Shown in pieces: positions 1 through 9,697 of a DNA stretch of 64,000 nucleotides. Made by a program: the position numbers and the translations under genes. Source of the stretch: Bdellovibrionota bacterium. GTDB lineage: Bacteria; Bdellovibrionota_C; UBA2361; JAAYZI01. Under the pieces are notes generated by a model, which was given only the letters and a program-made list of their open reading frames with translations, had not been told where the DNA came from and searched no databases. The first letter of the stretch is position 1. Every line of letters starts with the position of its first letter. The DNA lies in NCBI GenBank assembly GCA_050950765.1, contig JBMNIF010000002.1, forward strand, positions 192,001-256,000, read 5' to 3'.

Positions 1-736
1 ACGGAGCAGAAGGGGAGGCAAACGTTATCTGCAATTGAGCGGAGTCGCTTTCAATATGATGATACGCCCCTTTAGCAGGTGTACCGAACGGGATCTTTTG
101 TACACAACTTCCCTGCCAAGCACCGAAATAACGGTGTACCAACGTTTCAACTTCCGCACACTTAACATTACCTACTATTGATAAGACAGCACCGCGCGGA
201 TGATATTTTTCCTGCCATTCAGCCTTAAGTATTTCAAGTGTAGTATTTTTCAAACCTGTTAAGGTGCCGAGAGTAGACCTGCCGTACGGTGTAGGATAAT
301 ATTTCTCTCTAAGCTTTATCATCGCCTTATTAGCAGGATTATCTTCAAGAGAACGGATATCTTGAGAAAAGAGATCTGCGATACTTTCTATTTCATCTAC
401 TGGTAAGCGCGGCTCTAACACCATAAGAGAGACGAGCTCTAAAACTTCCGACAACTCATCTGCTAAAAGAAAGCCACTATATAAAAAGCTATCACTACCT
501 ATTGTTTCACTATGCCGCACCCCTAAAGCATCAAAACGTTCGGAAAGCGCTCTGGAATCGTACCCCCCTGCTCCTCTCGAAGTTAGTTCAGCCAGAATTA
601 GACTAGCACCGAGAGTTTCTTCTGCATCATGAACGACTCCTCCAGGGATCATCAAACTATACGCCACTGAAGAGACGTGCGGCACCTCTTCAACTATTAA
701 CGTCAATCCGTTAGGCAGTTCAGAAATTCTTACCAT
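1..736 (-). CDS. M16 (pitrilysin/insulinase) family peptidase-like subunit, runs off the window's left edge; probably non-catalytic
   Basis: Not in ORF track; translated by hand from ATG at 736: MVRISELPNGLTLIVEEVPHVSSVAYSLMIPGG...GASLILAELTSRGAGGYDS. LPNGL start and G-x5-E-x3-RG segment are typical of M16, but HxxEH is absent. AAGGAG lies upstream on the minus strand. Confidence 0.8.
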   Translation of the reverse strand, partial: MVRISELPNGLTLIVEEVPHVSSVAYSLMIPGGVVHDAEETLGASLILAELTSRGAGGYDSRALSERFDALGVRHSETIGSDSFLYSGFLLADELSEVLELVSLMVLEPRLPVDEIESIADLFSQDIRSLEDNPANKAMIKLREKYYPTPYGRSTLGTLTGLKNTTLEILKAEWQEKYHPRGAVLSIVGNVKCAEVETLVHRYFGAWQGSCVQKIPFGTPAKGAYHHIESDSAQLQITFASPSAP

Positions 737-849
737 TATACTTTTTTACTCCTTAGTTTACTCCTTGGGGAAATTCATTGTGTATTTAAAATAACACCCA
801 ACAACGTTTAGAAATTCTTACCATTACACCTATCTACTCTCTCTCATTT

Positions 850-2151
850 TTAATTTTTAGCAAAGACTATATCTTGCAACGTCACATCCTTTTCTGTCTT
901 TCCTGCAAAAGCGTAAAACGCTGATCCGATTTCGACAGGATAACGCATAGCTGCGCCCTCGCCAAAAAGGATAGTTTTAATCTCACTAAGTAATATCTTC
1001 TCTGGATTACGCATTAAGGTGATGCGTTTATCGCCGATATCACTGCAAGAGATAATTCCAGCATGTTCTAACTTATAAAAAGTCGGCTTCAACATAAGCG
1101 AACTACACCCCAACTTATCTGAAATCTCTACGTAATTGGGCATTTTTTCACCGTTTAAGAAACTTCTACAAATAATCACCAGCGCTTGCATAGCGAGCAC
1201 GATCTGACCATCACCCATGCTATAAATAGACCTCTTCCACGCTTTACCTTTTAACGGCAGATATTGCGCTTGATACGTCACCTCCGCCCCAAGTAAGACG
1301 ATAGTCCAAAAGATATATAGCCAGAATAAAAAGATGGGGATGGCGGCTATTGCGCCGTACAACTTTTCATAGGAAGCGTTTTTCTCAATATAGATAGCGA
1401 AAGCCCAATAGGCACAGACAAAGACAAGCGATGTAAAGAGTGCTCCGAACACGACTGCGCTAAACTTAACTGAAGCTTTCGGGATCATATAATACAAGCA
1501 AGCAAACGCTGCAAACATCAATAAAAACGGCACTAAATAGTTATAAAGGGGGTGTACAATGGAGTGCAACGATTGTGCTCCGAATTTTTCAAGTAGCGGC
1601 TCAATCCTGAGTGTGACAAAAACATAAACGGAAAGGATTAAAATCGGAGTAATTAAGATTATTGAGCTGAACGCTCCTATCTTATGAGACCATGAACGTG
1701 CTTCAAAAACCTGCCATGTTTCATTGATGGCGTTTTCGATGGTGTTAATTAACAAGATCGAAGAAACTATAAAAAATACCAACATCGGTAGATTGAGGGC
1801 AGAAACGTTAACCCTGACATTTTGCAAAAACTCATTTAATTGTATACCCACTCCGTCAGCGGGTACAAAATTTCTAATAATAAACTCTTCTACAACCGCC
1901 ACATACTCCTCAGATAAGGCAAAAGAGGCTAAAATTCCGAAAATCAACGTTATAAAAGGGACTAAGGAAAATAACGAGGTATAGGCAAGTGAGGCTGCCT
2001 TAGAAAAACCGTTATCCCAATAGAACCTATCAGCGGCTGAAGATATAACTCTAAAGACCCAGCGCATACCGGTCACAGCTCGTGAAAACACCGTATCTTC
2101 ACCACTTTTATCCTCTTTTTTTGGCGTTTTAGTAACTTTCTTAAATAACAT
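850..2151 (-). CDS. YihY/virulence factor BrkB family inner membrane protein with C-terminal winged-helix-like extension
   Basis: AASLAYTSLFSLVP and YGAIAAIPIFLFWLY...LLGAE motifs; start placed at ATG 2151 behind AAGGAGG. Confidence 0.85.
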   Translation of the reverse strand: MLFKKVTKTPKKEDKSGEDTVFSRAVTGMRWVFRVISSAADRFYWDNGFSKAASLAYTSLFSLVPFITLIFGILASFALSEEYVAVVEEFIIRNFVPADGVGIQLNEFLQNVRVNVSALNLPMLVFFIVSSILLINTIENAINETWQVFEARSWSHKIGAFSSIILITPILILSVYVFVTLRIEPLLEKFGAQSLHSIVHPLYNYLVPFLLMFAAFACLYYMIPKASVKFSAVVFGALFTSLVFVCAYWAFAIYIEKNASYEKLYGAIAAIPIFLFWLYIFWTIVLLGAEVTYQAQYLPLKGKAWKRSIYSMGDGQIVLAMQALVIICRSFLNGEKMPNYVEISDKLGCSSLMLKPTFYKLEHAGIISCSDIGDKRITLMRNPEKILLSEIKTILFGEGAAMRYPVEIGSAFYAFAGKTEKDVTLQDIVFAKN

Positions 2152-2361
2152 CTCGGTGTTCCTCCTTTTAATTTTACCTGCGGTGTTAGACTTACATGCG
2201 ATACGGGTAATAGCACACTTTTTTAGATCACGACCATGCACATTCTCAGATATGTTAAAAATATACCTATCCCCCTAAATTAAATAATTTTTCTATTTTT
2301 TTTGAAAAAAATAAAAAAATCCTTTGTCTATTACAGCATCATACATATAATGGTGGGTGCT

Positions 2362-2658
2362 ATGGAAATTACATGTAAGAGCTGCGGCAAATCATTCAGT
2401 ATAAAGGATTCAGGAGTTTCAATGCGTGAAGAGTGTCCGCATTGTGGTGCTGACATTCACGCCTGTATTTACTGTAAATTTTATAGTGAGTCTGCCTATA
2501 ATAAGTGTAGAGAGCCGCAAGCAGAACGTGTTGTTGATAAATCGCGTAACAACTACTGTGATTACTTCGAGTTTTCTAACGATTCCGACACCATCGGTTT
2601 GGGAAGCAAGATAAATAAAGCAGACTACCTAAAGCAACTCGACAGCCTCTTTAAATAA
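2362..2658 (+). CDS. Small Cys-rich (zinc-finger-like) hypothetical protein
   Basis: CKSC, CPHC, CIYC, C and NYCDYF motifs; TATAAT at 2346 supports ATG 2362 over TTG 2302. Confidence 0.75.
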   Translation: MEITCKSCGKSFSIKDSGVSMREECPHCGADIHACIYCKFYSESAYNKCREPQAERVVDKSRNNYCDYFEFSNDSDTIGLGSKINKADYLKQLDSLFK

Positions 2659-2672
2659 TAGAAAATCTAAAT

Positions 2673-2830
2673 CTAGTGCCACCCTTTAGGAACGATTGAA
2701 CGGGCTGATACTACAGAACGAAGTCAGCTAGGTTTTTACGGAGGTAAAAAAACCGCCCTTTAGGGACAACAGAACGGGCTGCAACTGCAGAACGAAGTCG
2801 GCTAGGTTTCTACGGAGGTAAAAAATTTGG
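2673..2830 (+). repeat. Modular GGTGCCACCC repeat array, locus 1 left (2 copies of the ~75-79 bp A module)
   Basis: Two copies of ...CCCTTTAGG-AC-A--GAACGGGCTG--ACT-CAGAACGAAGTC-GCTAGGTTT-TACGGAGGTAAAAAA. Confidence 0.9.
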
Positions 2831-2939
2831 ATTAAATATTATAAAAGGAGTGAGTGGCGATAGTATCGCAGTAAAACCATTCTAGGATTAACCTCGTGGG
2901 TAGTAGTAGGTTTCATTCACTCATCCTTAAAGAGCCTTA

Positions 2940-2968
2940 CTCGGGCAGATTTGTAAAACCTGCCCGAG
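2940..2968. terminator. GC-rich hairpin downstream of the orphan ORF
   Basis: CTCGGGCAG...CTGCCCGAG inverted repeat about 35 bp past the stop at 3002; no U-tract. Confidence 0.5.
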
Positions 2969-3001
2969 ATTGACGGCGCTTAATCCTTAAGACACCTAAA
3001 T

Positions 3002-3382
3002 CTAAGGTAGGCTCAGGATCTGTCTCACTGTCGTCAAGGTCGTATCCTTGACGAAAAGAGAATACGCCTTGCGAAGTTCAGGCAAAATGTCTTCGGAGCA
3101 CCAGGGGTCCCATAATTTCAATTCAAGAACAATGCCGCCAAGTCCATTGTAGAAATCGATCGTTTTATTCTCTTTATCGAAGATAAACTTGCTCGCGGGG
3201 ATCGAGTCAATCCATACTTTTTCCTGGCTCCAGCAGTGCAGACGGATTTGAAGGATACCATCCTTACGATAGAAAACTTCCCTGAATTCGAATTCGACGT
3301 TTGGGTTCCACTTTTTCAGTCGAGCCAACTCCATCTCCAGTAAGTCCCAAAGGAACTGTCTGAACGCGCAGAATAACGACAT
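3002..3382 (-). CDS. Orphan hypothetical protein (126 aa) bracketed by repeat arrays
   Basis: Strong RBS AAGGAG before ATG 3382 (MSLFCAFRQF...); downstream hairpin; no recognisable family. Confidence 0.7.
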   Translation of the reverse strand: MSLFCAFRQFLWDLLEMELARLKKWNPNVEFEFREVFYRKDGILQIRLHCWSQEKVWIDSIPASKFIFDKENKTIDFYNGLGGIVLELKLWDPWCSEDILPELRKAYSLFVKDTTLTTVRQILSLP

Positions 3383-3586
3383 AGCTATTCTCCTTATAGT
3401 AAGGAAGTGATATGAAAATCTACTACAATAGATTTCCAAAGAAACCTGCTACTTATAATAGATTTTCAAAGAACGTTGGTGCGAGATAAGCTGCACAAAT
3501 TGTGCGGCACCGATTATCATCGCCACTCGTATAACGAATCGTAAAGTGATTATATTTTGATTCAGATAAGATTAGGAGGAACGATT

Positions 3587-3999
3587 GCCCTTCAGGTAAA
3601 AAATTTGGTGCCACCCTTTAGGGCTGCTAATGCCCTAAAATTAGAATAGCTAATAATATTAAGATGTTAGTAAGAGTTAGTATTTGGCAGCTTTAGTGCC
3701 GCCCACTAAGGACAACAGAACGGGCTGCAACTACAGAACGAAGTCAGCTAGGTTTTGACGGAGGTTAAAAAAACCACCCTTTAGGGACAACAGAACGGGC
3801 TGCAACTACAGAACGAAGTCAGCTAGGTTTTGACGGAGGTAAAAAAACCACCCTTTAGGGATGATTGAGCGGGCACAACTAAAAAACAAAATCAGCTAGA
3901 TCTCTACGGAGGTAAAAAATTTGGTGCCACCCTTCAGGGCTGATTGAGCGGGCTGATACTAAAAAGTGGAATTAGCTAGATCTTTACGGAGGTTAAAAA
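3587..3999 (+). repeat. Modular repeat array, locus 1 right (B/IHF module plus 4 A modules)
   Basis: Full cores at 3605 and 3921, variant cores near 3696, 3774 and 3848; near-identical ~75 bp units starting 3711 and 3786. Confidence 0.9.
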
Positions 4000-4011
4000 G
4001 TGCAACTTTAC

Positions 4012-5322
4012 TTAGTCACCCTTCTCTGTTTTACTTCCACGCCAGTAGCGTAAGCGCTCGCCGATCATCTTTTCGTATCCGCGATCTGTCGGCTCATAAA
4101 AACGCAACTTGGCAAACTTTTCCGGAAGATATGTAACACCCCTAGCATAGCCGTCCTTTTCATCGTGCGGATACTGATACCCTTCTGAATACCCGATCTC
4201 TTTCATCAGTTTTGTCGGTGCATTTCTAAGATGAAGTGGCACATCTATCTTTGATTCATGCTTAATCACGTCACAAACTTTAATCATCGCTAGATAGCTG
4301 CGATTAGATTTAGGGGCACAAGCTAGATACGTTACGCATTGCGCAATAACCTCACGCCCCTCCGGCATACCCAACTTTTCAAAAGCATCAAACGTAGCCA
4401 CCGCCACCTGCAACGCCCTTGGATCGGCATTACCGATATCCTCACTGGCAAAAACCACCATCCTGCGAATCAGAAAACGCGGGTCTTCTCCAGCTTGCAA
4501 CATCCAGAAAGCATAAAAAAGCGCCGCATCAGGGTCTGAACCACGCAAACTCTTAATAAATGCCGAGATAGTGTTGTAGTGTTCTTCACCTGCACGATCG
4601 TAAAATTTACTTCCAGCTTCATGTAAAAACTTTCGTATTATTTCAGCGGATACAACACCTTTAATTTTCGGATTAGCCTCTTTAAAGCCCTCTATAAAGT
4701 TCAGCAACCTTCTGGCATCACCACCAACAACAGTGCTGAAGATGTTTAGAGCCTCTTCTGAAAATTGGATCTGCACCTCTCTTGCTGCATTAAGGGCGAT
4801 CCGTTTTAAAGATTCCTCTGTAAGTGCGGGGAACGTCAAAACCTTCATGCGTGAACGTAGCGCCCCTGTCAGATAAAACGACGGATTTTCAGTAGTAGCA
4901 CCGATTAAGATTATTGTGCCTTTTTCAATATGCGGTAAAAACGCATCTTGCTGCCCTTTATTAAAGCGATGAATTTCATCAACAAAGAGGATGGTTCGTT
5001 TTTTTGATGATTGCGCCGTTGCTACAATTTCACGCACCTCTTTAACACCACCAAGAACGGCAGAGAACTCAACGAAATTACAGTCGTAAGACCTCCCTAC
5101 CAACTTAGCGAAGGTGGTTTTACCACACCCAGGGGGACCCCATAAGACCAAAGAAGGCGGATTCCCTCGTCCTGACTTTAACTGCGTAAGTAAATTTCTA
5201 TCGATCCCCTCCAACCCCTGAAAATCATCCCATGTATGCGGACGCAACTTATCGGCTAAAGGTTGATACACCCTCGATTCCGATTGATTATCGTCAGTAA
5301 AAAGGCTTAACGTTTCAGTCAT
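4012..5322 (-). CDS. rarA: Replication-associated recombination protein A (RarA/MgsA AAA+ ATPase)
   Basis: PLADKLRP, GPPGCGKTT, FVDEIHRFNKGQQDAFLP, SAFIKSLRGSDPDAA, VPLHLRNAPT. Confidence 0.97.
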   Translation of the reverse strand: MTETLSLFTDDNQSESRVYQPLADKLRPHTWDDFQGLEGIDRNLLTQLKSGRGNPPSLVLWGPPGCGKTTFAKLVGRSYDCNFVEFSAVLGGVKEVREIVATAQSSKKRTILFVDEIHRFNKGQQDAFLPHIEKGTIILIGATTENPSFYLTGALRSRMKVLTFPALTEESLKRIALNAAREVQIQFSEEALNIFSTVVGGDARRLLNFIEGFKEANPKIKGVVSAEIIRKFLHEAGSKFYDRAGEEHYNTISAFIKSLRGSDPDAALFYAFWMLQAGEDPRFLIRRMVVFASEDIGNADPRALQVAVATFDAFEKLGMPEGREVIAQCVTYLACAPKSNRSYLAMIKVCDVIKHESKIDVPLHLRNAPTKLMKEIGYSEGYQYPHDEKDGYARGVTYLPEKFAKLRFYEPTDRGYEKMIGERLRYWRGSKTEKGD

Positions 5323-5343
5323 GATCGTTTTTCACTAAAAGTC

Positions 5344-6720
5344 CTACACCGTCGGTTCTGAAAATCGTGATAAGATCCTCACAGAGTACTCAAACCCCCA
5401 GCGTAACTGTCTTAAAGAGAAAGATTCATTAGGCGCATGAATATTATCTTCCTCCAAACCAAAACCAACCAATAAAGGCACGGCACCCGTAGTCTGTACC
5501 AAATCCGTGATAATTGGAATGCTGGCTCCTTCCCACTCTGCAACGGGCTCTCTACCGAAGATCTCTTCTAAGATCTCCCACGCATCTTGCACTACTTTTG
5601 CGTCCTGCAAGCACTGCACAGCTTTACTGCCGTGCTCAAACTGTTTAACACTTAAAGTAAAACCTTCCGGAGTGTGATCCTTTAAATACTTCTCAATGCA
5701 GCTGAACACCGCCGCTGGATCTTGCTGCGGCACCAAACGCGCACTTAACTTCGCCTTTGCAGCAGCCGGAATGATCGTTTTTATCCCTTCACCTTGATAG
5801 CCAGCACTAATCCCAACGATATCTAAACTCGGACGCACACCGTTACGAACTTTCGGTGGAAACCTAAGCTCCCCACCAAGTGGCGGAAGACCCGTCTCTT
5901 TTTGATACTCTTCAGCATCAAACGGACTTTTTGCAATCATATCAAGTAGTTCCTGAGTCGGCTCTTCAACATCAGCATAAAATCCAGGCACAGCGATACT
6001 ACCATCTGCATTAAATAATCTCGCTAAAAGCTTAGCTAACTCTGTTGCAGGATTTTTTACAATTCCACCGTGAACCCCCGAATGCAGATCTCTTTTTAAG
6101 CCACCAAGATTCACCTCAAAAGCGATAAGTCCACGCAGCCCCACTACAACAGCAGGCACCTCTTCAGAAGCTAAACTTGTATCCATCGCCATTAACACAT
6201 CTGCTTGCAACCACTCCTTCCACTCTGGAAGAGAGGTCTGCAATCCGCCGCTACCACTCTCTTCTTCGCCTTCTAATAAAATAGTCAACGAGCATTTCAG
6301 TTTTTCAGCGGCGATCATCGCTCCCACTGCATGAATAAATGCGGTAACCTGCCCCTTATCATCATGAGCACCCCGTGCATAGATCCTATCCCCTCTCTGA
6401 ATCGGTTCAAACGGATCACTATGCCACTCTTCCAATGGATCGGCAGGTTGCACATCGTAATGTCCGTAAAATATAACGTGCGGTCTATCAGGCTCTCCTT
6501 TAAAAGTGCCGCAAGCAACAGGATGACCTGAAGTTTCAAGGAGACTCGTTGTTAACCCTATCTCCTGCAACCTTTTGCAAAGCCATTCTGCACACGCTCT
6601 ACAATCCTCAGCGTGTTCCGGCTGTACCCCGATAGTTGGAAAACGCAAAAACTCATTCAAAAATTGCACCAACTGATCCTCTGTCTCAGAAAAAGTCAAC
6701 TCAATCTCTTCTTTCTTCAT
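5344..6720 (-). CDS. M20 family metallopeptidase (dipeptidase/ArgE/DapE-like)
   Basis: YGHYDVQP, ARGAHDDKGQ, EGEEESGS, DLHSG, IHAPNE. Confidence 0.92.
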   Translation of the reverse strand: MKKEEIELTFSETEDQLVQFLNEFLRFPTIGVQPEHAEDCRACAEWLCKRLQEIGLTTSLLETSGHPVACGTFKGEPDRPHVIFYGHYDVQPADPLEEWHSDPFEPIQRGDRIYARGAHDDKGQVTAFIHAVGAMIAAEKLKCSLTILLEGEEESGSGGLQTSLPEWKEWLQADVLMAMDTSLASEEVPAVVVGLRGLIAFEVNLGGLKRDLHSGVHGGIVKNPATELAKLLARLFNADGSIAVPGFYADVEEPTQELLDMIAKSPFDAEEYQKETGLPPLGGELRFPPKVRNGVRPSLDIVGISAGYQGEGIKTIIPAAAKAKLSARLVPQQDPAAVFSCIEKYLKDHTPEGFTLSVKQFEHGSKAVQCLQDAKVVQDAWEILEEIFGREPVAEWEGASIPIITDLVQTTGAVPLLVGFGLEEDNIHAPNESFSLRQLRWGFEYSVRILSRFSEPTV

Positions 6721-7086
6721 AGCTCTCCATCAAGTACACAATATTTCTGCTTTATCCTCCGATTAGGAACAAAAAACACCTTTTGCGCAAGCCTTTTTTA
6801 ATATGACTCCTTGCACTCTTAACTTTAGCAAGCGATACTATACCCACTTCAAAGCTTGTTTTTACGTCAGAATCAAAAGGATCTCTCCTTTACTCTCCGT
6901 CGTGCACAATAAGGATGCTTCAACAGGGGGTAAAAAAGATGAGTTGTGAACGACGTAAGAATAGTGATGAGATGTTTTTTATGTTGCAAAACAACAGCTG
7001 CGTTGTAACAATTTTTCCTCTCGAATGAGAGACGATAAATTGTTACAGTGGGAAAAATAGTTTTATAATCAACGGAATCGATAACA

Positions 7087-7623
7087 ATGAAGAGATATTT
7101 TCCATCAATTAAAACCTTACTTTTAGTCTTAAGCACAGTTTGCTTTTTAGCAGCCTGTTCTTCAACAGATAGTGGTAAAGCCACAGATGAGTTCGGGAAT
7201 CCGCTCTCAGAATCAAATCTTAATGCAGAGCGTGAAGGACGTTATGCAGGTGGCGCTATTCCATTAGCTGAAGATGGTGGCATGTTCAGAGATATAAATT
7301 TCGGATATGACTCCTCAGCCATTGATGATTTAGGACGTCAAAATCTTGAGCAAAACGTTCAAGTATTGCAATCAAATCCTAATATTCGGGTGCAGCTTGA
7401 AGGTCATTGCGATGAGCGTGGGACAGCAGAATACAATTTAGCTTTAGGCTCTCGCCGTGCGCAAGCAGTTTATGACCTTTTAATTTCTTACGGAATTCCT
7501 GCTTCCAGACTTGAAACCATCAGTTACGGTGAAGAAGTTCCGTTAGATCCTGCCTCTAACGAAATGGCATGGGCAAGAAACAGACGTGTCCATTTCTCAG
7601 CATTTACAACACCCCAAAGGTAG
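7087..7623 (+). CDS. pal: Peptidoglycan-associated lipoprotein Pal (OmpA-like domain)
   Basis: Lipobox LAAC; EGHCDERGTAEYNLALGSRRA; ISYGEE; NRRV. Confidence 0.93.
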   Translation: MKRYFPSIKTLLLVLSTVCFLAACSSTDSGKATDEFGNPLSESNLNAEREGRYAGGAIPLAEDGGMFRDINFGYDSSAIDDLGRQNLEQNVQVLQSNPNIRVQLEGHCDERGTAEYNLALGSRRAQAVYDLLISYGIPASRLETISYGEEVPLDPASNEMAWARNRRVHFSAFTTPQR

Positions 7624-7631
7624 TTGCTAAC

Positions 7632-7663
7632 AGTATGGCTGGTGCGCTAGCACCAGCCATACT
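7632..7663. terminator. Perfect 14-bp stem hairpin between convergent genes
   Basis: AGTATGGCTGGTGC-GCTA-GCACCAGCCATACT. Confidence 0.65.
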
Positions 7664-7686
7664 AACTCCAGATCAATCTCCCCCCC

Positions 7687-8424
7687 CTACAAATATAAAT
7701 TCCCTACTGGCCACGTCTCGACTGAATCAATTAGGTAGATATGCTCATTGTAAAATTGATGTAATGAAAAGTTTGCCATGCGGGGGCAGCGTGGAGGGAG
7801 ACCGTGCTGCGTTACATTCACAACAGAAAGTTGCTTAACCCTTAAACGATAAAAGGTTGCAGTGCTTGCTTTCTTACGGGGCAATTTATCCTTAAGATCT
7901 TTTAAAACTTTATTATCATCACTCCATAAACAAACACTTTTCACAAAACGGTTTATCCCTCTAATCTTTTCCAGCGAAGTCGACTGAAACGAAAGGTCTC
8001 CCCCACTCATACTATTTACAAGTAAACGGTACTCATCAAAAGTAATTGCACCCCCCACAAAATCACAACCCCCTCTACTAAATTTTCCTTGCGGGAGGAA
8101 CATAAGATCAAGATCGAAGGAGTCACTACTTAGAACTGCATGATGCTCGTAAGATCCATCTTTATGGAGATATTCCGTAAAATCTTCAGATAAGTGCGTC
8201 GCTGTTTTAGGAGAAGAAAAAGAAGATATAAAAACACCGAGCGCAACAAGCGCAAGTCCTACAACGGAAACGATATAAACTTGATAGAGCGTCCCTGAAG
8301 TGGCTGCCGAACTATTCCTTCTTAACCGTATTGAATCACTTGAGGGTGTAAGCTTTTCCTCTATACAGGCGGGACATAAGCGCGTCGCACTTCCTCGCTT
8401 AGACCCGCAATTATAACATCCCAT
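7687..8424 (-). CDS. Hypothetical membrane-anchored protein with N-terminal CxxC..CxxC ribbon
   Basis: CYNC and CPAC, then one hydrophobic helix; RBS AAGGAAG. Confidence 0.7.
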   Translation of the reverse strand: MGCYNCGSKRGSATRLCPACIEEKLTPSSDSIRLRRNSSAATSGTLYQVYIVSVVGLALVALGVFISSFSSPKTATHLSEDFTEYLHKDGSYEHHAVLSSDSFDLDLMFLPQGKFSRGGCDFVGGAITFDEYRLLVNSMSGGDLSFQSTSLEKIRGINRFVKSVCLWSDDNKVLKDLKDKLPRKKASTATFYRLRVKQLSVVNVTQHGLPPRCPRMANFSLHQFYNEHIYLIDSVETWPVGNLYL

Positions 8425-8511
8425 CTGTTCTTCCTTTAATAACCGTACCTACACCGTTAAGAGAAAAATTTTTCGCTCCCCTTCTCTTACTCCTAAACAC
8501 TTCTAAGCACA

Positions 8512-9669
8512 TTAAACGATCTCTATCTCTTCTAACGGCAAGGTGAATAAAAACTTCGTGCCCTTAGCGATCTGACTACTTACTGTAATAGTTCCGTAAT
8601 GCAGCTCCACAATCTGTTTTACAACAGATAAGCCGATACCCGTGCCTTCACATTTTTTTTCAGCATCTTGTCCTCTTCTAAACATAACGAAGAGGTCGTT
8701 TAATTCCTCTTTCGGAATTCCTGGCCCGTTATCCTCAACATAGAACTCACAGAAATGCCCCAAGCTACGCAGCAACGCTTCCCCTTGCCCGATATTAATT
8801 ACAATGGTCTCTTTATCATTATATTTAACAGCATTATTGATTAAATTAATAAAAACCTTACGCAAAAGTGGCGCATTACCCCAGACCTGTGACAAGTTTG
8901 AAATATTGATCTGTATATCTAGATCAGATTGGAAATTAAGATCTTGTACTACTTCATCAACAAGCTGCCCTAAATCAAGCATCTCCATCTTGGCAGCCTT
9001 AGCACCGATCTTGGCAAACTCATACATCGATTGCACAACACTAAGTAATCGTTTTGAAGCTTCAAAAGTGCTTGTTAATAACTTGGCAAGCCTCTCATCA
9101 ACATCATCTTTATAAACGTCACAGATATACTCCAACTTCATATTAATACCGCCGAGAGGGCCGCGAATGTCGTGCGCTACCGTTCCGCTAAAATCATCAA
9201 GACGTTTATTTTGATCGGAAAGTAAACAATTAGCCTCCGTCAATTTTGCTATCAATTTAGCATTTTCTCTTTCAAGTCTACGAATCCGTAAAAGATGACG
9301 CACAGCCGGAGCAAGCTCATCCAGCCAACGACCTTCTTTTACAATACAACGGTGACACCCTGCATTATAAACAGTAGCTAAAACATACGGATCAACAGAG
9401 CGTGAAGTGACTAAAACAGAAGGCTCTGTATCCTTTAATTTCATCTCTACAAGAAGTTCAACACCACTAATAGATCTTAAAGTTTGTTCTAAAATGACAA
9501 CATCGTAATCTGTGATATCAACGGCTTTTCTAAAATCGACAAGGGAGCGCACCGCTTCAACATCAGCAAACGGCAGCTGCTTAGTTAAAACCGCCTGACT
9601 TTGAACAATCTCATCTCCATCATCAAAGATTAAGATCTTAGGTCGTTCTATCTGTTCCTGCGCTTCCAT
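8512..9669 (-). CDS. Receiver-domain / histidine kinase hybrid (REC-HisKA-HATPase)
   Basis: ILIFDD receiver start; VAHDIRGPL H-box; NLINNAVKY, DNGPGI, GTGIGL. Confidence 0.9.
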   Translation of the reverse strand: MEAQEQIERPKILIFDDGDEIVQSQAVLTKQLPFADVEAVRSLVDFRKAVDITDYDVVILEQTLRSISGVELLVEMKLKDTEPSVLVTSRSVDPYVLATVYNAGCHRCIVKEGRWLDELAPAVRHLLRIRRLERENAKLIAKLTEANCLLSDQNKRLDDFSGTVAHDIRGPLGGINMKLEYICDVYKDDVDERLAKLLTSTFEASKRLLSVVQSMYEFAKIGAKAAKMEMLDLGQLVDEVVQDLNFQSDLDIQINISNLSQVWGNAPLLRKVFINLINNAVKYNDKETIVINIGQGEALLRSLGHFCEFYVEDNGPGIPKEELNDLFVMFRRGQDAEKKCEGTGIGLSVVKQIVELHYGTITVSSQIAKGTKFLFTLPLEEIEIV

Positions 9670-9697
9670 TTTTTGATTTTTTTATCTTATGCTGTTT

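Noticed and set aside
2845..2928. Hammerhead ribozyme (minus strand GATGAG...GAAAC)
   Set aside because: The CUGAUGA core and the required helix arrangement are not present
2845..2968. Integron attC sites at cassette ends
   Set aside because: The hairpins are not bounded by RYYYAAC...GTTRRRY and no IntI gene is present
3646..3673. XerCD dif-like site in module B
   Set aside because: Poor match to both arms and wrong spacer length; the IHF consensus explains it better
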